A DNA stretch of 64,000 bases from Holosporales bacterium. Lineage in GTDB: Bacteria; Pseudomonadota; Alphaproteobacteria; JAJTHO01. Position 1 is the stretch's first letter; each line of letters begins with the position of its first letter. The notes beneath the pieces are model-generated. The model worked only from the letters and a program-made list of their open reading frames with translations, did no database searches and was not told the DNA's origin. Shown one piece after another: positions 12,842 through 21,760 of this stretch. A program made the translations under genes and the position numbers. The DNA lies in assembly GCA_046318675.1 (NCBI GenBank), contig JBKCUA010000006.1:30060-94059 (forward strand), read 5' to 3'.

Positions 12842-13258
12842 ATGCAGCGCAGCGCAGCGCAGCGCAGCGCAGCGCATAATGGGGGCATGAATTTTTTGTT
12901 TGTCAAAAACTTTTTTGATAAACTCAGCCCCAGCACCCCTGAAAAGGTGCGACGGCGATACATCAAAAGGTTTGAGAAAACGAAAAATTCTTTTCTTATA
13001 ATCTTATACCGTCTGAAACCAGACGAGCCAAAAATGGATGAACGCTTGATCCGAATCTTCCTGTTAATAAGCTTAGAGACTGTCACGTGTAAAGGCTCTC
13101 CCCTAGAGCCAGAAGCTTTAGAAAATGTTGCGAAGATTCTAGAGGAAAACTTCGAAGGCGCATCTCTTAAAAAGATCGCGCTCATAATGGCAGAAGCACT
13201 GCCTGAAAGCCACCACAAGACAATCGTTAAGCAGTATCTAATCCAAAGATACTGCTAA
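12842..13258 (+). CDS. hypothetical small protein in an AT-rich segment (alternative start ATG 12887)
   Basis: 138-aa ORF ending 1 nt before a strong terminator. The first 11 codons are the pentamer repeat. No recognisable family. Confidence 0.4.
   Translation: MQRSAAQRSAAHNGGMNFLFVKNFFDKLSPSTPEKVRRRYIKRFEKTKNSFLIILYRLKPDEPKMDERLIRIFLLISLETVTCKGSPLEPEALENVAKILEENFEGASLKKIALIMAEALPESHHKTIVKQYLIQRYC
12844..12876 (+). repeat. pentanucleotide tandem repeat (GCAGC) x6.6
   Basis: Direct reading gives atg(cagcg)6ca. The tract begins immediately after an ATG. Confidence 0.95.
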
Positions 13259-13295
13259 GAAGAAAGTCCCCTAACAGGGGACTTTCTTCTTTTCT
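13259..13295 (+). terminator. rho-independent terminator (13-bp perfect stem, 5-nt loop, T-rich tail)
   Basis: gaagaaagtcccc-taaca-ggggactttcttc followed by ttttct. Sits between the convergent 138-aa ORF and sucA. Confidence 0.8.
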
Positions 13296-13311
13296 CCCGT
13301 ACTTCACCCCC

Positions 13312-16188
13312 CTACCTCCCCAACGCCTCCGCCACCAGTTTTTCCTGCTCAGCGTTGTGGCGTGCATAGGAGCCTGTCGCCGGAGAAGCCGCTTCCACCC
13401 GTCCGGCGTAAACAGGGCGCTTGGCCTTGCCGCCCACCGTGGTCAGCACATCCTCCAAGCGGCGATCGACAAAGAACCACGCCCCCATGTTCTGGGGTTC
13501 TTCTTGGCACCAGACGACCTCGGCATTTTTGTAGCGGCCGAGTTGATCCACCAGCGACTGTTTCGGGAACGGATAAAACTGCTCCAACCTTAATAGCACC
13601 ACGTCGTTGATATTCTTGGCCGCTCTAGCTTCTAACAGGTCATAATATACCTTACCGCTGCACACCACAACCCGGCGGATTTTTCGATCCTCAGCGAGGC
13701 CTGTGTTCGTCTCTGGCAGTACCCGGTGGAAGGTGGTGTTAATGGCCATCTCTGCCAAGGATGACACGCACAGCTTATGCCGCAGCAGCGACTTGGGTGT
13801 TACCAGCACCAGCGGCTTGCGGAAATTGCGCCGCATCTGTCGCCGCAGGATATGAAAATAATTGGCCGGGGTGGAACAGTTGGCCACCTGCCAGTTATCC
13901 TCGGCCGCCAGTTGCAAAAACCGCTCCAGCCGCGCCGAGGAATGCTCGGGCCCCTGACCCTCAAACCCGTGGGGCAGCAGCAGCACCAGCCCCGACATCC
14001 GCAGCCATTTGGTCTCCGCGCTGGAAATAAACTGGTCTATCATCACCTGGGCACCGTTGACAAAATCGCCAAACTGCCCCTCCCAACACACCAACGTCCC
14101 GGGATCAGCAAGGGAATAGCCGTAATCAAAGCCCATCACCGCCGCCTCGGACAGGGGGCTGTCGATCACTTCAAAATTCCCCTGCCCCGCCCAGAGGTTT
14201 TTCAGGGGGATGTATTTATTTTCATTGGTCTGATCCGTGAACACCGCGTGGCGTTGCGAGAACGTGCCCCGGCCGCAATCCTGCCCCGACAGGCGCACGC
14301 AGGAGCCTTCCGCCAGAAGCGTGCCAAAGGCCAACGCCTCTGCCGTTGCCCAATCCACCCCCTGACCACTGGTGAACATCTGGGCTTTCGCCTCCAACTG
14401 GCGGCGGATTTTAGCATTCAGATCAAAAGCAGCGGGGGCAACAACCAACCGTTCGCCCACCTGACGCAGCAACTCGATGCTCACCCCGGTGCGCCCCTTG
14501 CGATCATCCCCCGTTGCTGTTTCCAGCCCTGTCCACGCCCCCTCCAGCCAGTCGGCCTTGCTGGGCTTATAGGTTTTGCCCACAGTAAAAGCACGTTCGA
14601 GTTCATCGGTATAGGCCTTGACCACCACTGCGCTTTCCTCAGCCGTCTGCACGCCCACGTCGGCCAGTTGCTTGCTGTACAGCGTGCACGGCGTCGGATG
14701 AGTGGCAATAGTCTTGTACATGATGGGCTGGGTAAAGGCCGGCTCATCACTTTCATTATGACCGTGGCGACGATAGCAGATAATGTCCACCACCACATCG
14801 GTAGCGAAGGTGGCGCGAAACTCGGCGGCAAGGCGGCTCACGAACGTTACCGCCTCGGGATCATCGCCATTAACATGAAAAATCGGCGCCTGCACCATGC
14901 GGGCAATGTCCGAACAATACGGGCTGGAACGGGAATTTGATGGATTGGTGGTAAAACCAATCTGGTTATTGATGACAAGGTGGAATGTACCGCCGGTCTT
15001 GTATCCGTCCAAGTCCGAAAGCATCAGGGTTTCGGCGACAATCCCCTGCCCCGCGAAGGCCGCATCGCCGTGGATGAGAATCCCCATCACCCTCTTGCGC
15101 TCTATATCTTTCAGGCGATCTTGCTTCGCCCTGACCTTGCCCACCACCACGGGATTCACGGCCTCCAGGTGGGAAGGGTTAGCCGTCAATGAAATATGCA
15201 CCTTATGCCCACCAACAAGACGATCGTTGCTGGTTCCCATGTGGTATTTCACGTCGCCACTGCCCTGGACATCCTCGGGGTTGGCTGGAGTACCTTGAAA
15301 CTCGGAGAAAACCGCCGCAAAAGGCTTGCCCACAAAATTGCACAACACGTTAAGGCGTCCCCGGTGTGCCATGCCCAGAACGATATCCTGCACCCCATTT
15401 TTTGCCGACACTAACAGGGCTTCTTCCAAGGAGGCCAGCGTCGCCTCCCCACCTTCAAGGCCGAAACGCTTGGTACCTGTGTATTTCAGCTGCAAAAATT
15501 TCTCAAAATTCTCCGCCCGTACCAAATGGCTGAACAAGGTTTTTTTCTCATCACTGGTCAGGACTTGGCGGACGTTGGCTCTCTCTACCTTCTCCTGAAT
15601 CCAAGCTTTTTGCGCTGGGTCTTGAATGTGCATGAATTCCACACCCACGGTACCGGCATAGGTATCATCAAGCCTGGCAACAATCTGGCGCAAGGTTGGA
15701 TTAGCAAGCCCCAGAACATTATCAATAAAAATGGTTTTATCCAAATCGGCATCGGTAAAACCATAGGTGCGATAGTCTAACTCCGGGTGCTGTCCCTTAG
15801 GCGTTAAACCCAACGGATCAAGGTTAGCGGCCAAATGCCCCCGCACCCGATACGCCCGGATAAGCATCAAGGCACGCAGGGAATCTTGCACCATCGCCCG
15901 GGCATGTTCGACACTAAATTCCCCGGAAACGGGTTTGGCCTCAGCCTTACCGGTTTTTTTAACAACCACCCCGCCCACGTCTAAATCGTTGGCATTAGCG
16001 GCAATGGGGCGCGCCCACGATGCCCCCCGGGTCGCCCCCGGCGTCAGCCCGGCATCATGCAAATCCGCAAAGAACGCCTGCCATTCCGGCGAGACGCTCA
16101 GCGGTGCCTCTAGATACTTTCCATATAAATCAGCAATAAAAGCGGCATTGCCGCCATAAAGAAAGCCAGATGCTGCAAGAGTTGACAT
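13312..16188 (-). CDS. sucA: 2-oxoglutarate dehydrogenase E1 component
   Basis: 958 aa counted from MSTLAASGFLYGGNAAFIADLYGKYL. Typical E1o motifs include GDAAFAGQG and RRHGHNE. Confidence 0.95.
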   Translation of the reverse strand: MSTLAASGFLYGGNAAFIADLYGKYLEAPLSVSPEWQAFFADLHDAGLTPGATRGASWARPIAANANDLDVGGVVVKKTGKAEAKPVSGEFSVEHARAMVQDSLRALMLIRAYRVRGHLAANLDPLGLTPKGQHPELDYRTYGFTDADLDKTIFIDNVLGLANPTLRQIVARLDDTYAGTVGVEFMHIQDPAQKAWIQEKVERANVRQVLTSDEKKTLFSHLVRAENFEKFLQLKYTGTKRFGLEGGEATLASLEEALLVSAKNGVQDIVLGMAHRGRLNVLCNFVGKPFAAVFSEFQGTPANPEDVQGSGDVKYHMGTSNDRLVGGHKVHISLTANPSHLEAVNPVVVGKVRAKQDRLKDIERKRVMGILIHGDAAFAGQGIVAETLMLSDLDGYKTGGTFHLVINNQIGFTTNPSNSRSSPYCSDIARMVQAPIFHVNGDDPEAVTFVSRLAAEFRATFATDVVVDIICYRRHGHNESDEPAFTQPIMYKTIATHPTPCTLYSKQLADVGVQTAEESAVVVKAYTDELERAFTVGKTYKPSKADWLEGAWTGLETATGDDRKGRTGVSIELLRQVGERLVVAPAAFDLNAKIRRQLEAKAQMFTSGQGVDWATAEALAFGTLLAEGSCVRLSGQDCGRGTFSQRHAVFTDQTNENKYIPLKNLWAGQGNFEVIDSPLSEAAVMGFDYGYSLADPGTLVCWEGQFGDFVNGAQVMIDQFISSAETKWLRMSGLVLLLPHGFEGQGPEHSSARLERFLQLAAEDNWQVANCSTPANYFHILRRQMRRNFRKPLVLVTPKSLLRHKLCVSSLAEMAINTTFHRVLPETNTGLAEDRKIRRVVVCSGKVYYDLLEARAAKNINDVVLLRLEQFYPFPKQSLVDQLGRYKNAEVVWCQEEPQNMGAWFFVDRRLEDVLTTVGGKAKRPVYAGRVEAASPATGSYARHNAEQEKLVAEALGR

Positions 16189-16241
16189 AAAAATTCCCGA
16201 TGCTATGCACAATCATCTATTCAATATGGCGGCAAAAAGCA

Positions 16242-16904
16242 ATGCAGACTTCCGGTCGTCTACCCCCGATTAACCCTCTTGAGGGCGAAGCCATCTGGCG
16301 TGAGGCTGCCTCAGACGTGCAGCAAGAGCGTCTCAATGCCTTCGTGCAAAAATATGGCAGCATCCTGGCCGGGGTCGCACTGGCTCTAATTCTCAGCGTC
16401 GCTGGCTGGCAAGGCTTTGCCCATTGGCAAACCCGTCAGGAAGAAAAGAATACCGCCGCCTTGGCCGCCGTTATCAATACTCAAAATACCGATGCGCTGG
16501 AGGCCATTGCCCTCCAGCGCCGTGGGGGTGCCTCGGCCTTGGCTGCCCTGCGCCATGCAGCCTCCCTTGAAAAAGACAAGGCAGTTGAAGCACTTATTGC
16601 GGTATCTGCCACCAAAGATTATGATGCGGTGGCTCGTGATGCCGCCTTGGTGGCCGCCGGGTTGCGGCAACTGGCACTGTCTGCTCTTCCGGCTGCACTG
16701 GAGGAATCCATTCAATTGCTGGCAAAAAGCTCCTCTACTTTTCGTTTTGCCGCCGCAGAAGTGCTGGCGTTGAACACCTTGAGCAAAGGCGATAAAGCTG
16801 AGGCCATCAACCAGCTTACCACACTGTCCCAGCAAGCCGCCGCCCCCGAACCACTTCGCAACCGGGCGGATGCCCTCCTTGTCGTGCTGACCAACCAACA
16901 ATGA
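16242..16904 (+). CDS. YfgM-like TPR-like membrane-anchored protein
   Basis: One N-terminal TM helix followed by a helical Ala-rich domain. It sits upstream of bamB-der, as in yfgM-bamB-der synteny. Confidence 0.6.
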   Translation: MQTSGRLPPINPLEGEAIWREAASDVQQERLNAFVQKYGSILAGVALALILSVAGWQGFAHWQTRQEEKNTAALAAVINTQNTDALEAIALQRRGGASALAALRHAASLEKDKAVEALIAVSATKDYDAVARDAALVAAGLRQLALSALPAALEESIQLLAKSSSTFRFAAAEVLALNTLSKGDKAEAINQLTTLSQQAAAPEPLRNRADALLVVLTNQQ

Positions 16905-18214
16905 CCATCACCAGGCACTGGCTTTTGCTTTTTCCCATTGCGGCGCTGCTAACCGGGTGCAGCGGCGATGCCAAAAAAACAACCATAGCCAAAGAAGGTC
17001 GTATTTCTGTTCTCCAATTTGAACAAATCCTGCGCCCGGATATAAAACCGGGAGAGGAAGCCGTCGCCCTGCCCACCCCCGTTGCCAACGCCGCGTGGCT
17101 CAGCTCCGGCGGGAACCCAACCCACGTCAACGGCCATTTGGCGTTAGGGGCTTCCATTAAGAAAATCTGGCGCATCTCCTTAAGTGAAAGCGGCGAACGA
17201 GCGGCTCCCTTGTCACAACCTATTGTTGTTGACGATCGCTTATTTGCCCTAGATGCTGCTGCAACATTGTACTCCATAAATAAAGAGGATGGCAGTGTCA
17301 CTTGGAAAGTGTCTTTGCTGCCGGATGTACAAGAAATACCCACGATTCTTGGCGGTTTAGCCTTTAGCGGCAATGCTATCTTGGCCACCGTCGGTACGGC
17401 GGAACTGATTGCCGTTCGGCCGGATACCGGCGCGGTCTTATGGCGTGCCCCCCTGCCCGCTCCGGCGCGCAGTGCACCCACCGCCTTCAAAGGCCAAGCC
17501 TACGTCACCACAAACGATAATGAGTTGATTGCCTTCGACAGCCGCACAGGGGTCAGGGCGTGGAGCCATATTGGCCTAACGGGGGGAGCTATCCTGCTCG
17601 GCTCGGCCAGCCCCGCCGCCGCCGATGGCATTGTGGTTGCGGCCTACTCCTCCGGGGAACTTGTCGCCCTGCGCCCTGAAAATGGCCGGCCGTTGTGGGG
17701 CGTCTCTCTTGCCGGCATCAACCGCACGGATCCTATTGCCGCCATTGCCGATATCATTGCCCATCCCCTTATTGATAATGAAAAAGTTATTGCCCTAGGC
17801 AACGCCGGGCGCATGGTCGCGCTGAACACCGCCACCGGGACGCCGGTCTGGGAACGGGACATCGGCGGCACGGAAACCCCTTGGTTGGTAGGCAAGTATT
17901 TATACGTGGTCAGCAATGATAACCGCCTCCTCTGTATGCGCCATCATGATGGCAAAATTGTCTGGATCACCGATCTGGCGAAGTATGAAAATCCCGAAGA
18001 CAAGGAAACCCCGATTTTGTGGAGCAGCCCCCTCGTCGCCGGGGATCGCCTTCTCATCGCCGGAACCCACCGCAAGCTGCTCAGCGTTTCTCCTTACACC
18101 GGCGCCATTCTTGGGGAGGTCGCCAGCAGTGACGTGGTGCTCACCCCACCGCTGGTGGTTGGACAGACCTTGTATATTCTAAGCCAGGACGCCGTCCTGA
18201 CGGCTTACCGGTGA
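16901..18214 (+). CDS. bamB: outer membrane protein assembly factor BamB (PQQ-like beta-propeller lipoprotein)
   Basis: Lipobox LLTGCSG, repeated propeller blades, and position upstream of der. Confidence 0.85.
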   Translation: MTITRHWLLLFPIAALLTGCSGDAKKTTIAKEGRISVLQFEQILRPDIKPGEEAVALPTPVANAAWLSSGGNPTHVNGHLALGASIKKIWRISLSESGERAAPLSQPIVVDDRLFALDAAATLYSINKEDGSVTWKVSLLPDVQEIPTILGGLAFSGNAILATVGTAELIAVRPDTGAVLWRAPLPAPARSAPTAFKGQAYVTTNDNELIAFDSRTGVRAWSHIGLTGGAILLGSASPAAADGIVVAAYSSGELVALRPENGRPLWGVSLAGINRTDPIAAIADIIAHPLIDNEKVIALGNAGRMVALNTATGTPVWERDIGGTETPWLVGKYLYVVSNDNRLLCMRHHDGKIVWITDLAKYENPEDKETPILWSSPLVAGDRLLIAGTHRKLLSVSPYTGAILGEVASSDVVLTPPLVVGQTLYILSQDAVLTAYR

Positions 18215-19542
18215 GGCCACCGCGCTGGGTTCTGGTGGGGCGTCCTAATGTTGGTAAGTCCACCTTGTTCAACCGCCTCGTCGGCAAACGCCACGCCATC
18301 GTGGCCGATGCGCCGGGAACAACAAGGGACTGGAAAGACGCCCCCATTGAGACCGATGCTGGTTCCCTCATCCTCACCGACACCCCAGGGATACTTGATG
18401 GCGACGGCGCACCCTTGGCCGCCGAACTGCGCACCGTTACAGAACGCGCCGTAGGCGGAGCCGACGCCGCCCTCCTTATCATGGACGGCACGGCGGGCAT
18501 CACCCCCGATGATGAGGTCACCGCCCGCTGGCTGCGCAAGCAAGGCAAGCCGGTTTTGGTCGTCGTCACCAAGGCCGATCGCAAGGGCGCCGCCCACGCC
18601 GAAAGCGAGGCCGCCCGCCTCGGCTTTGGCGAAGCCCTTGCCGTCTCCGGCCGGGAAGGGCTTGGGATGAGCGAATTACTAACGGCGATGATCGAACGCA
18701 CCCCTCCCGTACCTGCCGCCAGCACGAAAGCCCCCATCAGCCTCGCCCTCGTCGGTCGCCCCAACGTCGGCAAATCCAGCCTCCTCAACGCTCTTGTCGG
18801 CGAAGAACGAGTGCTCACCGGCCCCATGTCAGGCCTCACCCGCGACGCTATCCGTATACGGTGGGAGCATCAGGGCACGGCCTACCAACTGGTGGATACC
18901 GCCGGGCTGCGCCGCAAGGCCAACGTCACCGAAGCCGCCGAACAGGCCGCCGCCGGGGACACGAGGCAGGCCATCGTCCTTGCCGCCGTGTGCATTTTGG
19001 TCGTGGACGCCAGCGCCCAGATGGACAAACAGGATTTCACCATCGGCTCCACCATCGCCGATGAGGGCCGGGCCATCGTCATCGCCCTCAACAAATGGGA
19101 CACCCTAACCCAAAAGCAACAGCCCGACGTCCTGAAAACCCTGCGCCAGCAAGTTGATCACGCCCTGCCCCAGTGTCGGGGCGTTGATCTCATCCCCGTC
19201 TCCGCCATCAAGAAAAGGGGCCTCGACGATCTCTTAAGAGCCGTCACCGCCGCCCAGAAACGCTGGGCCACCCGCATTCCGACGCACAAGCTCAACAGCT
19301 GGCTCGAGGCCGCCCTCCACCACCACCCCGAACCGATGGTCAAGGGCCGCCGGGTGCGCCTGCGCTACGCCACCCAGGTCAAATCAAGGCCCCCCACCAT
19401 CGCCCTGTTCACCAGCCGCCCCGACGCCCTCCCCGGGCATTATGTGCGGTATCTGGAAAACAGCCTTCGGGAGGCGTTTGATTTGCCGGGGGTTCCAATT
19501 CGAATGGTGCTAAGGAAAAGTGAGAATCCGTATGTGGACTAG
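18211..19542 (+). CDS. der: ribosome biogenesis GTPase Der (EngA)
   Basis: Two G domains (GRPNVGKSTLFN and GRPNVGKSSLLN) plus a KH-like C-terminus. GTGA overlap with bamB. Confidence 0.95.
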   Translation: MRPPRWVLVGRPNVGKSTLFNRLVGKRHAIVADAPGTTRDWKDAPIETDAGSLILTDTPGILDGDGAPLAAELRTVTERAVGGADAALLIMDGTAGITPDDEVTARWLRKQGKPVLVVVTKADRKGAAHAESEAARLGFGEALAVSGREGLGMSELLTAMIERTPPVPAASTKAPISLALVGRPNVGKSSLLNALVGEERVLTGPMSGLTRDAIRIRWEHQGTAYQLVDTAGLRRKANVTEAAEQAAAGDTRQAIVLAAVCILVVDASAQMDKQDFTIGSTIADEGRAIVIALNKWDTLTQKQQPDVLKTLRQQVDHALPQCRGVDLIPVSAIKKRGLDDLLRAVTAAQKRWATRIPTHKLNSWLEAALHHHPEPMVKGRRVRLRYATQVKSRPPTIALFTSRPDALPGHYVRYLENSLREAFDLPGVPIRMVLRKSENPYVD

Positions 19543-19557
19543 GCATAGTTTCGGGTT

Positions 19558-20118
19558 TTATACTCCAAGTATATTCTGCAAAATAAACTCTGCTCGTTGC
19601 TCAACAGCAAGCTTTGGAACTTCAATAAGACAATAACCACATTGTTCATAAGATTTTGAAATACTATTAAAAGTCTTGATCGCTTCCTGAAAGTCCTGTT
19701 TTCTTTCAGAATCATTTTTATAAATTTCACGCCATGGCGGCATAATAAATACCTTAGGATTATACGAATATTCTTGAACAGCATTAATAAGGCTTTGAGG
19801 AATTTCAATTCCTGTAGCTTCACAATATCCAATAAGCTCAGGGATGCCTCTATCAAAAAAGACGACCTCGCGCGTTATCTTCATCACCCCTCTATAAGCA
19901 TCAATAGAATGCTCAAGCATCAAATTCATAAATTTTTTCTTATTTTTCCAGTGCGTAGCGTCTCCATTAATCAAGTTTTGCTCCTTAATAATCTGACGTG
20001 CAACCTCCGGCACGCACACAAAACCCTTCTTTGCAAGAGCATCAATGACTGTTGATTTCCCAGAACCTGGACCACCCGTCAGTATGTAAAAATTCGACAC
20101 CATTATTTCACAAGACAT
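19558..20118 (-). CDS. AAA_28-type P-loop ATPase/kinase-like protein
   Basis: YILTGGPGSGKSTVIDAL Walker A, FFDRG motif, about 186 aa. Markedly AT-rich by eye. Confidence 0.65.
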   Translation of the reverse strand: MSCEIMVSNFYILTGGPGSGKSTVIDALAKKGFVCVPEVARQIIKEQNLINGDATHWKNKKKFMNLMLEHSIDAYRGVMKITREVVFFDRGIPELIGYCEATGIEIPQSLINAVQEYSYNPKVFIMPPWREIYKNDSERKQDFQEAIKTFNSISKSYEQCGYCLIEVPKLAVEQRAEFILQNILGV

Positions 20119-20121
20119 TCT

Positions 20122-20364
20122 TCACCCCCACAAATTAGACATGGGGATAGCCCATAAATTCTTGCCGAAAGGCACCACCTCCCGTCCCCGATAGAGCACC
20201 ACGCCACAGGCAAAGTCTGTACCGGTCAGCGTTTGCAGCTCCATCAGCCCTTTAAAATCATCCCGATCAACACGATCGTGTTTTTTCACTTCAATGCCGG
20301 CTAGGTGGCCGCTGGGTTGCTCAAGAACAAAATCGACTTCCTTGTTATCGCCCGTTCTAAAATG
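20122..20364 (-). pseudogene. C-terminal remnant of a DUF4143-type AAA ATPase gene
   Basis: My own minus-strand translation gives HFRTGDNKEVDFVLEQPSGHLAGIEVKKHDRVDRDDFKGLMEL...VVLYRGREVVPFGKNLWAIPMSNLWG-stop. There is no start codon, and an in-frame TAG lies immediately upstream. Only about 80 of an expected ~400 aa remain. Confidence 0.6.
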
Positions 20365-20451
20365 CTATCTTTACAGCGAACTATAAGTCTCTTTTATAAA
20401 TTGTAAAACCAACTTTTATAATTGCAAGACCACTCTACGGGAAAGTAACAA

Positions 20452-20814
20452 TCAACCCTTCCCCAGCATCGACCCCAGCTTCCTGCCCCCAAACAGATGC
20501 ACATGAAAATGCGGCACTTCCTGGCCGCCGTTGCTGCCGACATTGGCCAGGGCGCGGTAGCCTGCCTCGACGAGGCCAAGCTGCTCCGCAACGGTGGCGA
20601 CGGCGCGGAAAAAGCCGGTGAGTTCCTCAGGGCTGGCGGTAGCCGCAAAATCCTGCAACGACACATAAGCCCCCTTGGGGATCACCAACACATGCACCGG
20701 TGCCTGGGGGTGGATGTCATGAAACGCCAAAGCGTGGTCGCTCTCCAACACCTTCTTACAGGGAATCTCCCCACGCAGGATACGGGCGAAAATGTTTTGC
20801 GAATCATAGGTCAT
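20452..20814 (-). CDS. HIT family (HinT-like) nucleotide hydrolase
   Basis: Start trimmed to MTYDSQNIFARILRGEIP. Histidine triad is VPHFHVHLFGG. Confidence 0.85.
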   Translation of the reverse strand: MTYDSQNIFARILRGEIPCKKVLESDHALAFHDIHPQAPVHVLVIPKGAYVSLQDFAATASPEELTGFFRAVATVAEQLGLVEAGYRALANVGSNGGQEVPHFHVHLFGGRKLGSMLGKG

Positions 20815-20827
20815 CAAGGCCTCCCGA

Positions 20828-21658
20828 TTACAAGCGCAGCAGCTCATTAATCCCGGTCTTTGAGCGCGTCCGGGCATCGACTTTTTTGACAATCACGGCG
20901 CAGTACAACGACGGGTTGACGCCGTTGGCCGCCGGCTTTTCCCCCGGCAAGGCCCCGGCCACCACCACGGAAAACGGGGGCACAACACCTGTCATAATCT
21001 CCCCTGTCGCCCGATCGACGATCTTCGTGGACGCGCCAAGGTACACCCCCATGCCGATGACCGCGCCTTCGCAGACCCGCACGCCTTCGGCCACTTCGGC
21101 CCGCGCGCCAATGAAGCAGTTATCCTCAATAATCACCGGATCGGCCTGAAGCGGCTCCAGCACCCCGCCGATCCCCGCGCCGCCGGAAATGTGGCAGTTC
21201 TTGCCAATCTGGGCGCAGCTGCCCACCGTTGCCCACGTATCCACCATCGTGCCGCTGTCCACATAGGCCCCGACGTTAACAAAGCTGGGCATTAGGATCA
21301 CACCGGGGGCAATATAGGCCGAACGGCGCACGACGCTGCCCGGCACGGCGCGAAACCCCGCGTTACCAAAATCTGCTTCACTCCACGCGGCGGTTTTCAG
21401 GGGCACTTTATCCCAGGCGGTCTCACCCATGCGCTCATTATTGCTCAAGCGGAACGACAACAGCACGGCTTTTTTCAGCCACTGGTGTACCTGCCAGCCA
21501 TCACTGGCTTTCTCCGCCACCCGCAGCGCGCCGTTGTCCAGTGCCTCCAGTACTGAGGCCACTGCTATGCGGGTTTCCTCAGGCGCATCATGAGGACGAA
21601 GGGACTCGCGCTGCTCCCACGCAGCGTCAATCAGGGGCTGAAGATGAGAAAAAGACAT
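20828..21658 (-). CDS. dapD: 2,3,4,5-tetrahydropyridine-2,6-dicarboxylate N-succinyltransferase
   Basis: Start trimmed to [15 protein letters not shown]. Hexapeptide-repeat left-handed beta-helix region and typical DapD length. Confidence 0.92.
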   Translation of the reverse strand: MSFSHLQPLIDAAWEQRESLRPHDAPEETRIAVASVLEALDNGALRVAEKASDGWQVHQWLKKAVLLSFRLSNNERMGETAWDKVPLKTAAWSEADFGNAGFRAVPGSVVRRSAYIAPGVILMPSFVNVGAYVDSGTMVDTWATVGSCAQIGKNCHISGGAGIGGVLEPLQADPVIIEDNCFIGARAEVAEGVRVCEGAVIGMGVYLGASTKIVDRATGEIMTGVVPPFSVVVAGALPGEKPAANGVNPSLYCAVIVKKVDARTRSKTGINELLRL

Positions 21659-21732
21659 GGGAGGGGTGTAAAAGGAAACACCTTCCCTGGGCAAGCAATG
21701 TTTATAGGGCGCAACATCAGAATTTAAAAAAT

Positions 21733-21760
21733 TTGACTTTCAACAAAAAAATGTTAATAT
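21733..21760 (+). promoter_or_regulatory. sigma70-like promoter candidate (TTGACT-16 nt-TAATAT)
   Basis: Direct reading. The second ATG of the ATPase ORF (21768) lies 8 nt after the -10 element, so a leaderless transcript is possible. Confidence 0.35.

Noticed and set aside
13777-14940. 387-aa plus-strand ORF
   Set aside because: It lies antisense within sucA and has no motifs.
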